A DNA stretch of 64,000 bases from an uncultured Gammaproteobacteria bacterium (GTDB taxonomy: Bacteria > Patescibacteriota > Microgenomatia > Levybacterales > UBA12049): positions 77,774-141,773 of the forward strand of contig CAYQEJ010000001.1 of assembly GCA_964416505.1 (NCBI GenBank), read 5' to 3'. How positions within the stretch are numbered: the first letter of the stretch is position 1; each line of letters begins with the position of its first letter. The notes beneath the pieces are model-generated. The model was not told the origin of the DNA. It saw only the letters and a program-made list of their open reading frames with translations, and made no database searches. Below are positions 51,682 through 61,356 of the stretch, piece after piece. The translations under genes and the position numbers were made by a program.

Positions 51682-53016
51682 TTAGGACAAATGCTTTATC
51701 AATAGAAATATTTTATTTAAAATCTCCATTTTTATTTTTCCTGAGTCTGATAATGCGCCATTTACATATGTAGCATCCTGCCAAAAAATTTTAAAGATGA
51801 AAATAGATAGAGCTTGGTGCAAGATAAAAGCAAATGTAACCAAAGATATAAATACTATAGAAAACTTTTTTCTTAAATATGTGATTATCTCTGCAATTCC
51901 AAATACTAAAATGGGAAGGATACTTATAAAATATCTTAACGAGTAACTTGCAGCATCCCAAGCATGGTAACTTAGAATAAGTAAAAAATCTAAAATTACC
52001 ACAAGACAAAATACTTTTCCTAAAAAGTTTTTTCTTTTATAGAATAGATATAAACCTAAAAATGAAAATAAAATTAACGGGGTATAAAATAACAATCCTA
52101 ATTTTTGACTGAAAATTATTTCTTTAAAATATGCAAAAAAAACAAATTCAGTCTCTGCTTTTAAAATATGTGGGATTAGAATAAATTTTCCTTGCCCAAA
52201 ACATAAAATTAATAGTTGAGGTAAATAACCCATACACCCTCCTAAAATTAACACAAAAACTTTTTTTACTAAATCTTTTTTAAAAGTTATAAAGAATGAA
52301 AATATTGGAAATACAATGAATAAACCATCTTGAAATCTATTAGATATCATTAACCCAACAACTAATGACTGTATGAACAAATTTATTACACTAGGTCTTT
52401 TTTTATACTCAATAAATAGATAAATGATTATAGAAGCAGCGAAAAAAGAAAAAGGATGTGAGTTGTTCACATCAAACCCAGAATAATAGAATAAATTAGT
52501 AGCAAATAAAATTAATATAATTGAAAGTGCTACTACTTCTTTTCTATATAGCTTCAAAAGACTCTTAGATAAAAAAATTAAACCTAAAACGGAAAATAAA
52601 ATATTCCCAATTCCTAATGTAATTTGATAAATATCACTGTAACCGTTTCTAACAAAATTCATACCAAATTTTTGTAGTATGAGAATTAAAATATCTCCCA
52701 CGAAGAAAAAAGGAAGCCAAACTACGGATACTCCAAGAGAGAAATTATAGGTTGTTTTTTTTATGATATCTGAGATTTTGGGATTGGAATCATTAGAAAC
52801 AGGAAGGTTGTTATTTACCTTATCCCACGGATGACTCATTTCATCAGTTATGTCGATATTTTTAGAAAAATAAATAGATCGCGTAAAAGCTAAATAATAT
52901 CTTCCATCCCCATAAACAGCTTGACCAACCAGTTTAAACTCTATTAGAAAAGTAACTACCAGAACGATAAATATAGATAAAAAATAATATTTCCAAAATT
53001 TATTTTTCTTTAGCAT
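51682..53016 (-). CDS. GT-C fold membrane glycosyltransferase-like protein
   Basis: GDGRYY...RSI.F..NID, GLLFYTP, RYFI; polytopic. Start moved to ATG 53016 because the ORF-track start overlaps tRNA-Val. Confidence 0.65.
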   Translation of the reverse strand: MLKKNKFWKYYFLSIFIVLVVTFLIEFKLVGQAVYGDGRYYLAFTRSIYFSKNIDITDEMSHPWDKVNNNLPVSNDSNPKISDIIKKTTYNFSLGVSVVWLPFFFVGDILILILQKFGMNFVRNGYSDIYQITLGIGNILFSVLGLIFLSKSLLKLYRKEVVALSIILILFATNLFYYSGFDVNNSHPFSFFAASIIIYLFIEYKKRPSVINLFIQSLVVGLMISNRFQDGLFIVFPIFSFFITFKKDLVKKVFVLILGGCMGYLPQLLILCFGQGKFILIPHILKAETEFVFFAYFKEIIFSQKLGLLFYTPLILFSFLGLYLFYKRKNFLGKVFCLVVILDFLLILSYHAWDAASYSLRYFISILPILVFGIAEIITYLRKKFSIVFISLVTFAFILHQALSIFIFKIFWQDATYVNGALSDSGKIKMEILNKIFLLIKHLS

Positions 53017-53022
53017 ATTAAG

Positions 53023-53096
53023 TGGACTTGAGAGGATTCGAACCTCTGACCTTTTCAATGTGAATGAAACGCTCTAACCAGCTGAGCTACAAATCC
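53023..53096 (-). tRNA. tRNA-Val(CAC), CCA not encoded
   Basis: Minus strand GGATTTG TA GCTC AGCTGGTTA GAGC G TTTCA TTCACAT TGAAA AGGTC AGAGG TTCGAAT CCTCT CAAGTCC A. Confidence 0.96.
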
Positions 53097-53119
53097 TTTC
53101 ATATGTTATTAAATTCTAT

Positions 53120-53148
53120 TTGACAAAACAAGGCTAGAATGGGAGAAT
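53120..53148 (+). promoter_or_regulatory. Putative lepB promoter (leaderless)
   Basis: TTGACA(53120-25)-17 nt-GAGAAT(53143-48, preceded by TGg), 6 nt before the ATG. Confidence 0.5.
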
Positions 53149-53154
53149 TATCTG

Positions 53155-53712
53155 ATGGAAGTTCTAAAAAAGATTTATTTCTTTCTCCTCGACATACTCC
53201 AGACTTTGATATTAGCAGCAGCGGCTTTTGTAATTGTTTATATGTTTCTTTTCCGCCCGTTTGAAGTCAAAGGAGATTCAATGTACCCTAATTTTCATAA
53301 TAATGAATACCTTATTACAAATATAATTAGTCTTAAATTTGGGAATCCTAAATTAGGAGATGTGATTGTTTTTAAAGCTCCAGAAAAACAAGAAGTAGAT
53401 TTCATAAAAAGAGTGATTGGAGTTAAAGGTGATAAAGTTTCCATAGAGGAAGGAAAAGTAATTCTTAACGGAAAAGTTCTGGATGAAAGTAAATATCTAA
53501 ATGAAAGCGTAAAAACATATGGAGGAAACTTCCTTAGAGAGGGCCAAACCGTAACTGTTCCGGACGGATACTTCTTTGTACTTGGCGATAATAGATCCTA
53601 TTCATCAGATTCAAGAGAGTGGGGATTTGTTCCAAAGAAAAATATAATTGGAATTTCGATCTTTGTTTATTGGCCAATAAAAAGCGCGGGAGTACTTAAA
53701 AATCCTTATTAA
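53155..53712 (+). CDS. lepB: Signal peptidase I
   Basis: GDSMYP (Ser), FIKRVIG (Lys), GDNR..SSDSREWG. Confidence 0.95.
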   Translation: MEVLKKIYFFLLDILQTLILAAAAFVIVYMFLFRPFEVKGDSMYPNFHNNEYLITNIISLKFGNPKLGDVIVFKAPEKQEVDFIKRVIGVKGDKVSIEEGKVILNGKVLDESKYLNESVKTYGGNFLREGQTVTVPDGYFFVLGDNRSYSSDSREWGFVPKKNIIGISIFVYWPIKSAGVLKNPY

Positions 53713-54527
53713 TTTGTAAGAAGCGATACTAATTCTTGAACTTTAGGTCCAGTAACTTCCACATCTCCACTTACCTCAATAATAATTCTCGCCTTTGATC
53801 TTGATTGATAAATTGATACCTTATCAACTGATCTTTTGTCTTTAATATTCTTTGCCATTTCATCAAGCTCTGGCACCCATAGCTTATCAGTTTTCTTTGG
53901 CTCTCTTTGTTCGACTTCTCCTTTAACCTGTCTTGCTAATTCCTCAGTTTGACGAACAGTACTGTTTTCTTTAAGAATTTTCTTAAATAACTCGAGCATT
54001 AACTTACTATCCCCTAGTGAAATTAAAGGCCTAACGTGCCCCTCTGTAATGACTCCGGCTACCAAAGCGTCTTTAATCGCATCTGGAAGAGATAATAAAC
54101 GAATTGTATTAGAGACTGTAGGCGCACTTTTTCCCACCTTTCTTGCTACCTCATTTGTTCCAAGACCAAACTCATCGATCAACCTTTTATAAGCCTGGGC
54201 TCTCTCAATAGGATTAAGATCTTCTCTCTGAACATTTTCAACAATAGCCATTTCAAGCATTTGCTGAGGAGATGTTTGCTTAATAACAACTGGAACCGTT
54301 TTAAGCCCTAAAAGCTTTGCAGCCCTCCATCTTCTCTCACCAGCTATGATCTGATATCCTGCGGGCGTGCTAGCAACAACAATTGGCTCTAAAATTCCCT
54401 GTTCCCTTATAGAATCTGCGAGTTCAGTTAGCGAATCTGGTGAGATAATTCCTCGTGGCTGAAGAGGATTAGATTGAAGCATATTTACTTCAATTTCTGT
54501 AATGGTCTTTTCAGATGGAGTGTCCAT
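53709..54527 (-). CDS. parB: ParB/Spo0J chromosome partitioning protein
   Basis: NPLQPR, GILEPI, IIAGERRWRA (CTPase motif), ENVQREDLNPIE, HTH, GHVR.L. Confidence 0.94.
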   Translation of the reverse strand: MDTPSEKTITEIEVNMLQSNPLQPRGIISPDSLTELADSIREQGILEPIVVASTPAGYQIIAGERRWRAAKLLGLKTVPVVIKQTSPQQMLEMAIVENVQREDLNPIERAQAYKRLIDEFGLGTNEVARKVGKSAPTVSNTIRLLSLPDAIKDALVAGVITEGHVRPLISLGDSKLMLELFKKILKENSTVRQTEELARQVKGEVEQREPKKTDKLWVPELDEMAKNIKDKRSVDKVSIYQSRSKARIIIEVSGDVEVTGPKVQELVSLLTN

Positions 54528-54782
54528 TTACTTTTGAGATATAACCTGAACTAATTTCTTTCCTTTTCGTGTAATAAATTCTACAGTTCCATTTGCCACT
54601 GCAAAAAGCGTAAAATCTTTTCCCATTGATACACCATTTCCAGGATAGAACTTACTTCCACGCTGTCTAACGATAATATTTCCGGGAGTTGCTTTTTCAC
54701 CGGCATACAACTTAACGCCTAAGCGCTTCGCAAGCGAGTCTCTATTTCCTTTAACTGATCCTTGTGCTTTTGTATGTGCCAT
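54528..54782 (-). CDS. rpmA: 50S ribosomal protein L27
   Basis: MAHTKAQGS...RDS.AKRLGVK, IIVRQRG, G.D.TLFA. Confidence 0.97.
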   Translation of the reverse strand: MAHTKAQGSVKGNRDSLAKRLGVKLYAGEKATPGNIIVRQRGSKFYPGNGVSMGKDFTLFAVANGTVEFITRKGKKLVQVISQK

Positions 54783-54788
54783 ATATAC

Positions 54789-54833
54789 TTGTGAAAACTT
54801 ATAAAATTTTATCTATATTTTTCACAAAGGTCA
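54789..54833 (-). promoter_or_regulatory. Internal rpmA-parB promoter embedded in an inverted repeat
   Basis: Minus strand TTGACC-17 nt-TAAAAT. Plus-strand arms TTGTGAAAA (54789-97) and TTTTCACAA (54819-27) flank the palindrome ATAAAATTTTAT. Confidence 0.5.
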
Positions 54834-54855
54834 ATAAGTCAAACTATGTCATTCC

Positions 54856-55233
54856 CTATTTTTTTGACTCAGTTGGGGCAGATTTGGTTGTTTTCTCAGC
54901 TTTTTCTTCTAATTTTGTACTTCCTGCTTCAATTTTATTTATTTTAATTACTGATAATTGTGATCTAAATCCAATAACTTTTCTATACCTTGATTTCGCC
55001 TTAAACTTAGCAACTCTAATTTTTTCCCCTTTAATATTCTCAACCAGAGTAGCGGTAACCTTGGCATCTTTAACGTTTGGTTTTCCAATGGAAACTTTAC
55101 CCTCATTTACAAAAAGAAGAACATCGTCGAATACTATTTCTTTCTTATCAGAAATAATTTTATCAACTTCCAGAGTATCTCCAACGTTAACTTTATATTG
55201 TTTTCCACCTGTTCTTATTACTGCGTACTGCAT
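54856..55233 (-). CDS. rplU: 50S ribosomal protein L21
   Basis: YAVIRTGGKQYKV, IGKP, KFKAKSRYRK..GFR; charged C-terminal tail. Confidence 0.97.
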   Translation of the reverse strand: MQYAVIRTGGKQYKVNVGDTLEVDKIISDKKEIVFDDVLLFVNEGKVSIGKPNVKDAKVTATLVENIKGEKIRVAKFKAKSRYRKVIGFRSQLSVIKINKIEAGSTKLEEKAEKTTKSAPTESKK

Positions 55234-55257
55234 ATAGCCATAAATTATACCAAAATA

Positions 55258-56334
55258 TTACCTTATTTCCAATACTTCTCGTCTTTTTCCTTTATTCAAA
55301 GCAAATAGAAGACCTAAAAGGATAAAATTAGACAAAAGCGAACTCCCTCCGTAGGATACAAATGGCAATGTCACTCCTACTATTGGAGCAATTCCTATGT
55401 TCATTCCTACGTTTACAATGAAGTGAATAAAAATTATAAAAAAAGCAGTAATAGCAAACATCTTAGAAAATCTGTCCTCAGAATTTTTAATAATTAAATA
55501 AATTCGGAAAAATATAAAAGCAAAAGTCAGAATTATAATAAATGAACCTAAAAATCCTAGCTCTTCGGAAATTGTGGCAAATATAAAATCCGTATGTCTC
55601 TCAGGAAGAAATCTGAGCCCCGCCTGAGTACCCTGCCCCAGACCTCTACCTATCAACATTCCCGAACCCACAGCTATCACAGCCTGAATCGCATTGTAGG
55701 ACGTACCAAGAGGGTCTCTGGTAGGGTTAATAAAAGTGAGTATTCTCTGCCTTTGATAGTCATGAAGAAAAACCCACAAAAAAGGCAAAGATGATAACCA
55801 GATTAAAAATCCAGCAAAAAACCATTTAAATGGATAGCCATAAATTAAAAGTAGGGCTATAGTTACAAAAACATAAATCAAAGCATTACCTAAATCCGGT
55901 TGAAAAAAAATCAAAAGAGCAATCGGAATAAGTAAAACCAGAGAAAGAATAAAAGATCTAAATGAATATGTTTTTAGTGAAGTTAAATAGGAAGCGATCG
56001 ATATTGCAAGGAAAGGCTTAAGAAGCTCTGAGAATTGTATCCCAACACCAAAAATCGTAAACCACCTAACACTTCCCCTACTCTCTACTCCCAAAAAAAG
56101 AACTGCGGTTAGAAGAATTAAGGAAGCTATATAAATTGGAATCGAATACGTACGTAAAACTGACGGGTTAAGTTGGGAAAAAACTAAAAAAATGATTACT
56201 GAAAGCACAGTAAAAATTAATTGACTCTTAAAAATTGCATTATCAATCGAAAAAAGCGTAACAAGACTAAATGTTACTAGAATTCCTACGGCTAACATCA
56301 AAAGCCAATCAATTGAGGAAAAAGAGAACTTCAT
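55258..56334 (-). CDS. rodA: SEDS peptidoglycan polymerase RodA (FtsW/RodA family)
   Basis: RW, Q.SE..K, QPDLG, YQRQRI..F, A..AVGSG...G.G, LPERHTDFIF...SEELG, GVTLPFVSYGGSS. Confidence 0.88.
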   Translation of the reverse strand: MKFSFSSIDWLLMLAVGILVTFSLVTLFSIDNAIFKSQLIFTVLSVIIFLVFSQLNPSVLRTYSIPIYIASLILLTAVLFLGVESRGSVRWFTIFGVGIQFSELLKPFLAISIASYLTSLKTYSFRSFILSLVLLIPIALLIFFQPDLGNALIYVFVTIALLLIYGYPFKWFFAGFLIWLSSLPFLWVFLHDYQRQRILTFINPTRDPLGTSYNAIQAVIAVGSGMLIGRGLGQGTQAGLRFLPERHTDFIFATISEELGFLGSFIIILTFAFIFFRIYLIIKNSEDRFSKMFAITAFFIIFIHFIVNVGMNIGIAPIVGVTLPFVSYGGSSLLSNFILLGLLFALNKGKRREVLEIR

Positions 56335-59207
56335 TAAACTTTTGTAACTTTAAATTCACCTTTTGTCAAATTATTTATTAATGCTTTTCTTTTTATTTCT
56401 TCTTCAAATTCCTCGGGCCATGATTCAAGTGAGACATTTACTTTTTCCGACAAACTTGTACCCATCATTTTTCTCTCCTCTTGGATTTTTCTTACTAAAT
56501 CTCTAGCATCTCCTTCTGCTTTTAATGCTGGTGTAATTTCAATATCTAAAAATAATCCAATCTTCTTTTTATAATCATCATTTTCAGTTGCATCAATTAT
56601 AAATTCTCCTTTTGGCATATCAGAATAATTCATAAAATCTATATTTTTTAAATTAAGTTCTGATTTTAAAATTTCTTCAAAAGGTTTTATTCTTTCTTTT
56701 TCTTCCAACGGTTCTCCGAAAAATCCAATTCTAGAAAGCGGCTGCCTTACCTTTATTCCTTTTTCTTTTCTTATAGAATGAATCCTGACAACAACACCTC
56801 TTATTCTTTCCATTGAAAAAATTAAATTTATGTCATAAGCCTTTGACTCCGGCCAATCTGTTAAGTGCACCGATTCCTCTTCAGTTAAATTTTTATACAT
56901 TTCCTCAACTGTAAATGGAGTTATTGGAGCAAGTATTTTACAAAGAGTAGTTAAAACTTCATAGGTTGTAGAATAAAAATCATTTTTGTCTTTCGTGTTT
57001 TGCATAGACGCACCAACCCTGTCTCTACTTCTTCTTATGTACCATGTTGAAAAATCATTTATAAATTTATTGATTTTTGAAATTGCTGAAACTGTATCAA
57101 AATTATCAAGGTCTTTTGTAACTTCAGAAGTTAGTTGATTCAAAAGAGCTATAACCCATTTGTCTAAGATGTTTTCTGAATCTTTAGTAATTTTTTCCTT
57201 GCTCCAATCATCGACATTGGCATAACTAATAAAGAAGTTATAGGTATTCCACAAAATCAAAAGCAATCCTTTAACTTGCTCTCTGTATTGCTCTTCGGAA
57301 ATAATTATATCCTCACCATTCATAATAGGAGAAGACATTAAGTAAAGCCTTAAAGCATCTCCACCATATTTTGCAAGAAGTTCTTTCGGATCCGGATAAT
57401 TTCCTAAATTCTTACTCATTTTCCTACCATCCGTTCCCAGAATAACTCCCTCAACTCCAACATTTTTAAATGCTTTTGATTTATAAAGTGCTCCTCCAAT
57501 TACATGAAGCACATAAAACCAGGCACGTATTTGACCTGTATATTCAGCGATAAAATCTGGAGGGAAAAATTCTTCAAGTTTTTGTTCACCTTCAAATGGA
57601 TAATGCCGCTCTGCAAAACTTGCACTTCCAGCTTCTATCCAGCTATCTAAAACTTCCGGAACTCTCTTAACTTTTTTGCCACATTTTCTACAGTCTATTT
57701 CTACTTCATCTATATCTGGTTTATGAAGATTTTTTATAGTTTTTCCAGAAGCCTCCTCAAGTTCTTTTATAGAACCAGGAACAAATCGTTCTCCACATTC
57801 GCATTCCCAAACCGGAACAGGGCTTCCCCAATACCTATTTCTCGAGATATTCCAGTCTGGAGCATTTTCAAGACTTTTTAAAAATCTGCCATGCTTAAAA
57901 TGCTTTGGAAACCAATTAACTTCTTCGTTTGTTTTGATTAATAAATCTTTAATATTTTGAATATTCACATACCATGCATCAATAGGCGCATAGTAAAGAC
58001 GCGTATGGCATCTCCAACAAAGAGGAACAGAGTGCAAAAGTTCCTCATCTTTATAAACTAACCCTCTTGAAGACAAGTCTTCATTAACTGCTTTATTTGC
58101 TTTTAGATAATACATTCCGCCAAAAATCGGAACATCGTCTTTAATCATTCCTTCTTCATCTACATGCATTTCTTTATGAATGTTATTTTCATTCATAGCC
58201 TTTAAATCCTCTTCTCCATAGGCGGCGATCGTTACCACTCCAGTTCCTTCTTCCGCGGTTACAAATTCTCCTCCTATTATTTCAAAGGCTCTCTCGTCTT
58301 CTTTAATTTTGTTTTTATAGTAATCGTAATGAGGAATATATTTTTTACCAATTAAACTTTTCCCATCAAACTCTTCTACAATTTCATAAGTTTTTACATC
58401 TCCCAAAGTCTTTATTGTAGTCTTCGCCAAAATATAATACTCGTCATTTTGTTTTACTTTTACGTAAATTAAATTAGGATTTACAGCAAGTGCAGGAGTA
58501 ACAATTTTATTCCAGGGAGTAGTTGACCATGCAAGAATAAATGTGTTTTTTTCACCCTCAAGTTCATATTTATAAGTTGTTGCAGAATCTGTTAAATCTT
58601 TATAGTTATCTGCATCCATCGCAACTTCAAAATTTGAAATTGGAGTTGAGCAGTGCGGACAAAAAAGTGTAACCTTAAGACCTTTATAGATATGCTTCCT
58701 GTCATACATTTGCTTAAATACCCACATAACTGATTCCATATAATTCATGTCCCAGGTCTTATAAGCATTTTTAAAATCTACCCATCTCCCAATATGATCG
58801 ACATACCATTCCCACTCTCCAGAAATTTGCTCAACATAGGCTTTGCATTCATCTATAAATTTTTTAACCCCTACAATTTCCTCTATGTCTTTTTTTCTTT
58901 TTATTTCAAGTTTATTTTCTACTTTATTCTCAACCGGAAGACCATGCCCATCCCATCCCCAGACGCGACGAACTCTGTAGCCTTTCATTGTGTAGAAACG
59001 CCCAAACACATCCTTGTGAATACTACCCAAAAGATGTCCATAATGAGGCATTCCTGTTACAAAAGGAGGGCCGTCAAGAAAAGTCCAATCTCCTTTTGGA
59101 GCATTTTTTTCCACAGATTTTTCAAATGTTTTATTTTTACGCCAAGTTGACAATATCTCCTCTTCAATTTGAGGAAAATTTGCTTTTGGATCTACTGATT
59201 TAAACAT
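56334..59207 (-). CDS. ileS: Isoleucyl-tRNA synthetase, IleRS2 type
   Basis: DGPPFVTG.PHYGH, GWDGHGLP.E, WSTTPW, GTGVV, DWNISRNRYWG, KMSKN. Start ATG 59207. Confidence 0.96.
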   Translation of the reverse strand: MFKSVDPKANFPQIEEEILSTWRKNKTFEKSVEKNAPKGDWTFLDGPPFVTGMPHYGHLLGSIHKDVFGRFYTMKGYRVRRVWGWDGHGLPVENKVENKLEIKRKKDIEEIVGVKKFIDECKAYVEQISGEWEWYVDHIGRWVDFKNAYKTWDMNYMESVMWVFKQMYDRKHIYKGLKVTLFCPHCSTPISNFEVAMDADNYKDLTDSATTYKYELEGEKNTFILAWSTTPWNKIVTPALAVNPNLIYVKVKQNDEYYILAKTTIKTLGDVKTYEIVEEFDGKSLIGKKYIPHYDYYKNKIKEDERAFEIIGGEFVTAEEGTGVVTIAAYGEEDLKAMNENNIHKEMHVDEEGMIKDDVPIFGGMYYLKANKAVNEDLSSRGLVYKDEELLHSVPLCWRCHTRLYYAPIDAWYVNIQNIKDLLIKTNEEVNWFPKHFKHGRFLKSLENAPDWNISRNRYWGSPVPVWECECGERFVPGSIKELEEASGKTIKNLHKPDIDEVEIDCRKCGKKVKRVPEVLDSWIEAGSASFAERHYPFEGEQKLEEFFPPDFIAEYTGQIRAWFYVLHVIGGALYKSKAFKNVGVEGVILGTDGRKMSKNLGNYPDPKELLAKYGGDALRLYLMSSPIMNGEDIIISEEQYREQVKGLLLILWNTYNFFISYANVDDWSKEKITKDSENILDKWVIALLNQLTSEVTKDLDNFDTVSAISKINKFINDFSTWYIRRSRDRVGASMQNTKDKNDFYSTTYEVLTTLCKILAPITPFTVEEMYKNLTEEESVHLTDWPESKAYDINLIFSMERIRGVVVRIHSIRKEKGIKVRQPLSRIGFFGEPLEEKERIKPFEEILKSELNLKNIDFMNYSDMPKGEFIIDATENDDYKKKIGLFLDIEITPALKAEGDARDLVRKIQEERKMMGTSLSEKVNVSLESWPEEFEEEIKRKALINNLTKGEFKVTKV

Positions 59208-59214
59208 AAAGCTA

Positions 59215-59243
59215 ATTGTACCTAAAACTAAGGCTATCTTCAA
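59215..59243 (-). promoter_or_regulatory. ileS promoter (leaderless)
   Basis: Minus strand TTGAAG-17 nt (ATAGCCTTAGTTTTAGG)-TACAAT, 7 nt before the ATG. Confidence 0.65.
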
Positions 59244-59288
59244 CTAAAATTATTTACAAATTGACTACTCTATGAGATATTGGCTTAA

Positions 59289-60275
59289 ATGCAAACCAGA
59301 AGAGAAGTTTGGGCTGATATTGCAAGGATCACAGCAATATTTTTTATAATTTTGGCTCACACGATTTTACTTAAAGATCATCAACCAAAAAGTTTATTGG
59401 TCTCAAATTTTTACCATATTTTTGGAAATTCCGGTGCTCCGTTATTTTTTATACTGAGTGGATATTTTCTACTTTCAAAAAATGAATCTGCAAATTTTTT
59501 TTACAAAAAAAGATTAGCAAGAATTTTTTTTCCGTGGATTTTCTGGACACTGGCTATGACTCTTATTAATTTGTTTTACTATCAAACAAACTTGGGATTT
59601 TTTTCAGAATTTAAAAAAAGTTTTTTTGGTTTTTGGTTTTTACCAATAATTTTTATTTTTTATTTGCTTACTCCACTTTTCAAAAATTTACTGCATAATT
59701 CTTCTCCAAAACAAATCTTTTTTTTAATTTTTATTTGGTACTTATCTGTTTCTTTTTTTCCATATTTTTTAAATAATCAAGCATTTCCATATTTTGTCGA
59801 TAATAGCTTACTACGCCAATCGATTTACTTCGTAGGATATTTTATTTTTGGATATTTATTTTTTAAATTCAATAAGAGGAGCTTAAACTCTCTTTGGATT
59901 TTTTTGTCTTTAATAGTTTTAATTATTTTTACCTTAACACTAAGCATCCTTAATCCCGCAATGGATCCTACTAATTATTATTCACCCACAATGATTCCTA
60001 TTGTATTCCTTATAATAATTTTAATTTATAAATTTTTTGTAGAAATCAAAATAAACAAAAAGGGAGCTATTTTTCTATCAAAGATAAGTAGTCTAAGTCT
60101 TGGTATATATTTTTTCCACGATATATTTATTTTGAAATTCCTAAAACTAGGTTTATTTGTTGATAAATCAAACTATCTTTCCAGCTTTATTAATGGAACA
60201 GCTGTATTCACGATAAGTCTTCTAGCATTACTTCTTATTTCTAAGATCAAATTTTTGAAAAGATTTATTACCTAA
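59289..60275 (+). CDS. Acyltransferase family 3 (membrane O-acyltransferase)
   Basis: D..RITAI..IILAH, PLFFILSGY, KKRLARI..P, WFL, SLGIY..H. Confidence 0.88.
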   Translation: MQTRREVWADIARITAIFFIILAHTILLKDHQPKSLLVSNFYHIFGNSGAPLFFILSGYFLLSKNESANFFYKKRLARIFFPWIFWTLAMTLINLFYYQTNLGFFSEFKKSFFGFWFLPIIFIFYLLTPLFKNLLHNSSPKQIFFLIFIWYLSVSFFPYFLNNQAFPYFVDNSLLRQSIYFVGYFIFGYLFFKFNKRSLNSLWIFLSLIVLIIFTLTLSILNPAMDPTNYYSPTMIPIVFLIIILIYKFFVEIKINKKGAIFLSKISSLSLGIYFFHDIFILKFLKLGLFVDKSNYLSSFINGTAVFTISLLALLLISKIKFLKRFIT

Positions 60276-60888
60276 CTCCAAAAATAAAAACTGCGAAGTA
60301 TCCTGCAACTCCACCGCAACCATGATTCCAGGATGGGTTCTGAATTGCCTCCTTATGCCCTGTAAGCGACCTATCCCACCCATACTCTACTATATGAACA
60401 CCATACTGAGGTTGTACTCCACCAAACAGCACTTCTCCTACTCTATAAAAATCATTTTGACTCTGGGCATACTTTTCGAATCCTGCGTGACCATCTAGTC
60501 CTCCATTTGCTAATTGCTCGTCAGCACGTTTTTTTGCGATATCACAAAGAGTGTCATTTCGCGTAATAGTCTGCACATTATGTGCCCTCCTATAATTATT
60601 TATTGCATCAAACAATTCTTCGGGTGTGGACATTCTCGGGTCTGGAGGAAGATTAATCTTTGTCATATGCTCATCTACCTTTTCAACACTCCAATCAAAA
60701 GGCGGTTGGGTAGGAGCCATCTTAATTTGAGCTTTCAATTCTTCAGTCACTTTTTCAGGACTTTTTAAATATATCCTCCCTTTCACATTTGAATTATTTG
60801 CAAAAAAAGCAAAAATAAGAAAAACAAAAAAAAGAATAAAAAATTTTGAAAAATAAGGAGCCTTAGTTTTTTTATGATTTTTTTTCAT
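60268..60888 (-). CDS. CAP (SCP-like) domain membrane-anchored protein
   Basis: N-terminal TM, INNYRRAH...L..IA..RA, H.GF, GE.L, W..S.TGH. Confidence 0.8.
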   Translation of the reverse strand: MKKNHKKTKAPYFSKFFILFFVFLIFAFFANNSNVKGRIYLKSPEKVTEELKAQIKMAPTQPPFDWSVEKVDEHMTKINLPPDPRMSTPEELFDAINNYRRAHNVQTITRNDTLCDIAKKRADEQLANGGLDGHAGFEKYAQSQNDFYRVGEVLFGGVQPQYGVHIVEYGWDRSLTGHKEAIQNPSWNHGCGGVAGYFAVFIFGVR

Positions 60889-61338
60889 TTAAAAAACCGC
60901 TACCCTTGTCCCTACAGGAGCGAAGTCGTAAAGCCATTTCGAAAAAGCAACCGGAGTATTTACGCATCCATGTGAATAACGTGTCCCAAAACTGTTATGC
61001 CAATACGCTCCGTGAATTGCATAAGCTTTATAAAAATACATTACATTCGGAACATCTTTTAAAAAATAAGGTTTATATGGAGGATAATTCCCGCTCATAT
61101 TTTGTAGATCAAATTTTTTATAAATTCTAAAGTTGTCTCCTTTTACTGTAGGCGTATAAATCATTCCTGTAGATACAGGGCTTTGATTAATTAGTCTTCC
61201 TCCATCCCAAGCATATAGCATTTGTTTTGTAGTATCTATTGTAATAAGTTTTTCGCTTGTTAAGATTTGAGCATTTGCTGTTTTCGGAAAAAGAAAAAAA
61301 AGGGAAAATATTAGAAGAAATACAGGCAGCAGCTTCAT
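60889..61338 (-). CDS. L,D-transpeptidase (YkuD domain), secreted
   Basis: Signal peptide, Q.LYAW, VSTG...PT..G, AIHGAYWH..FG..YSHGCVN. Confidence 0.9.
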   Translation of the reverse strand: MKLLPVFLLIFSLFFLFPKTANAQILTSEKLITIDTTKQMLYAWDGGRLINQSPVSTGMIYTPTVKGDNFRIYKKFDLQNMSGNYPPYKPYFLKDVPNVMYFYKAYAIHGAYWHNSFGTRYSHGCVNTPVAFSKWLYDFAPVGTRVAVF

Positions 61339-61356
61339 AGTTTTATAGTAACAAAA

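Noticed and set aside
26400-53022. Glycan locus as a prophage or integrative element
   Set aside because: No integrase, transposase or phage genes, and no duplicated tRNA 3' end was noticed.
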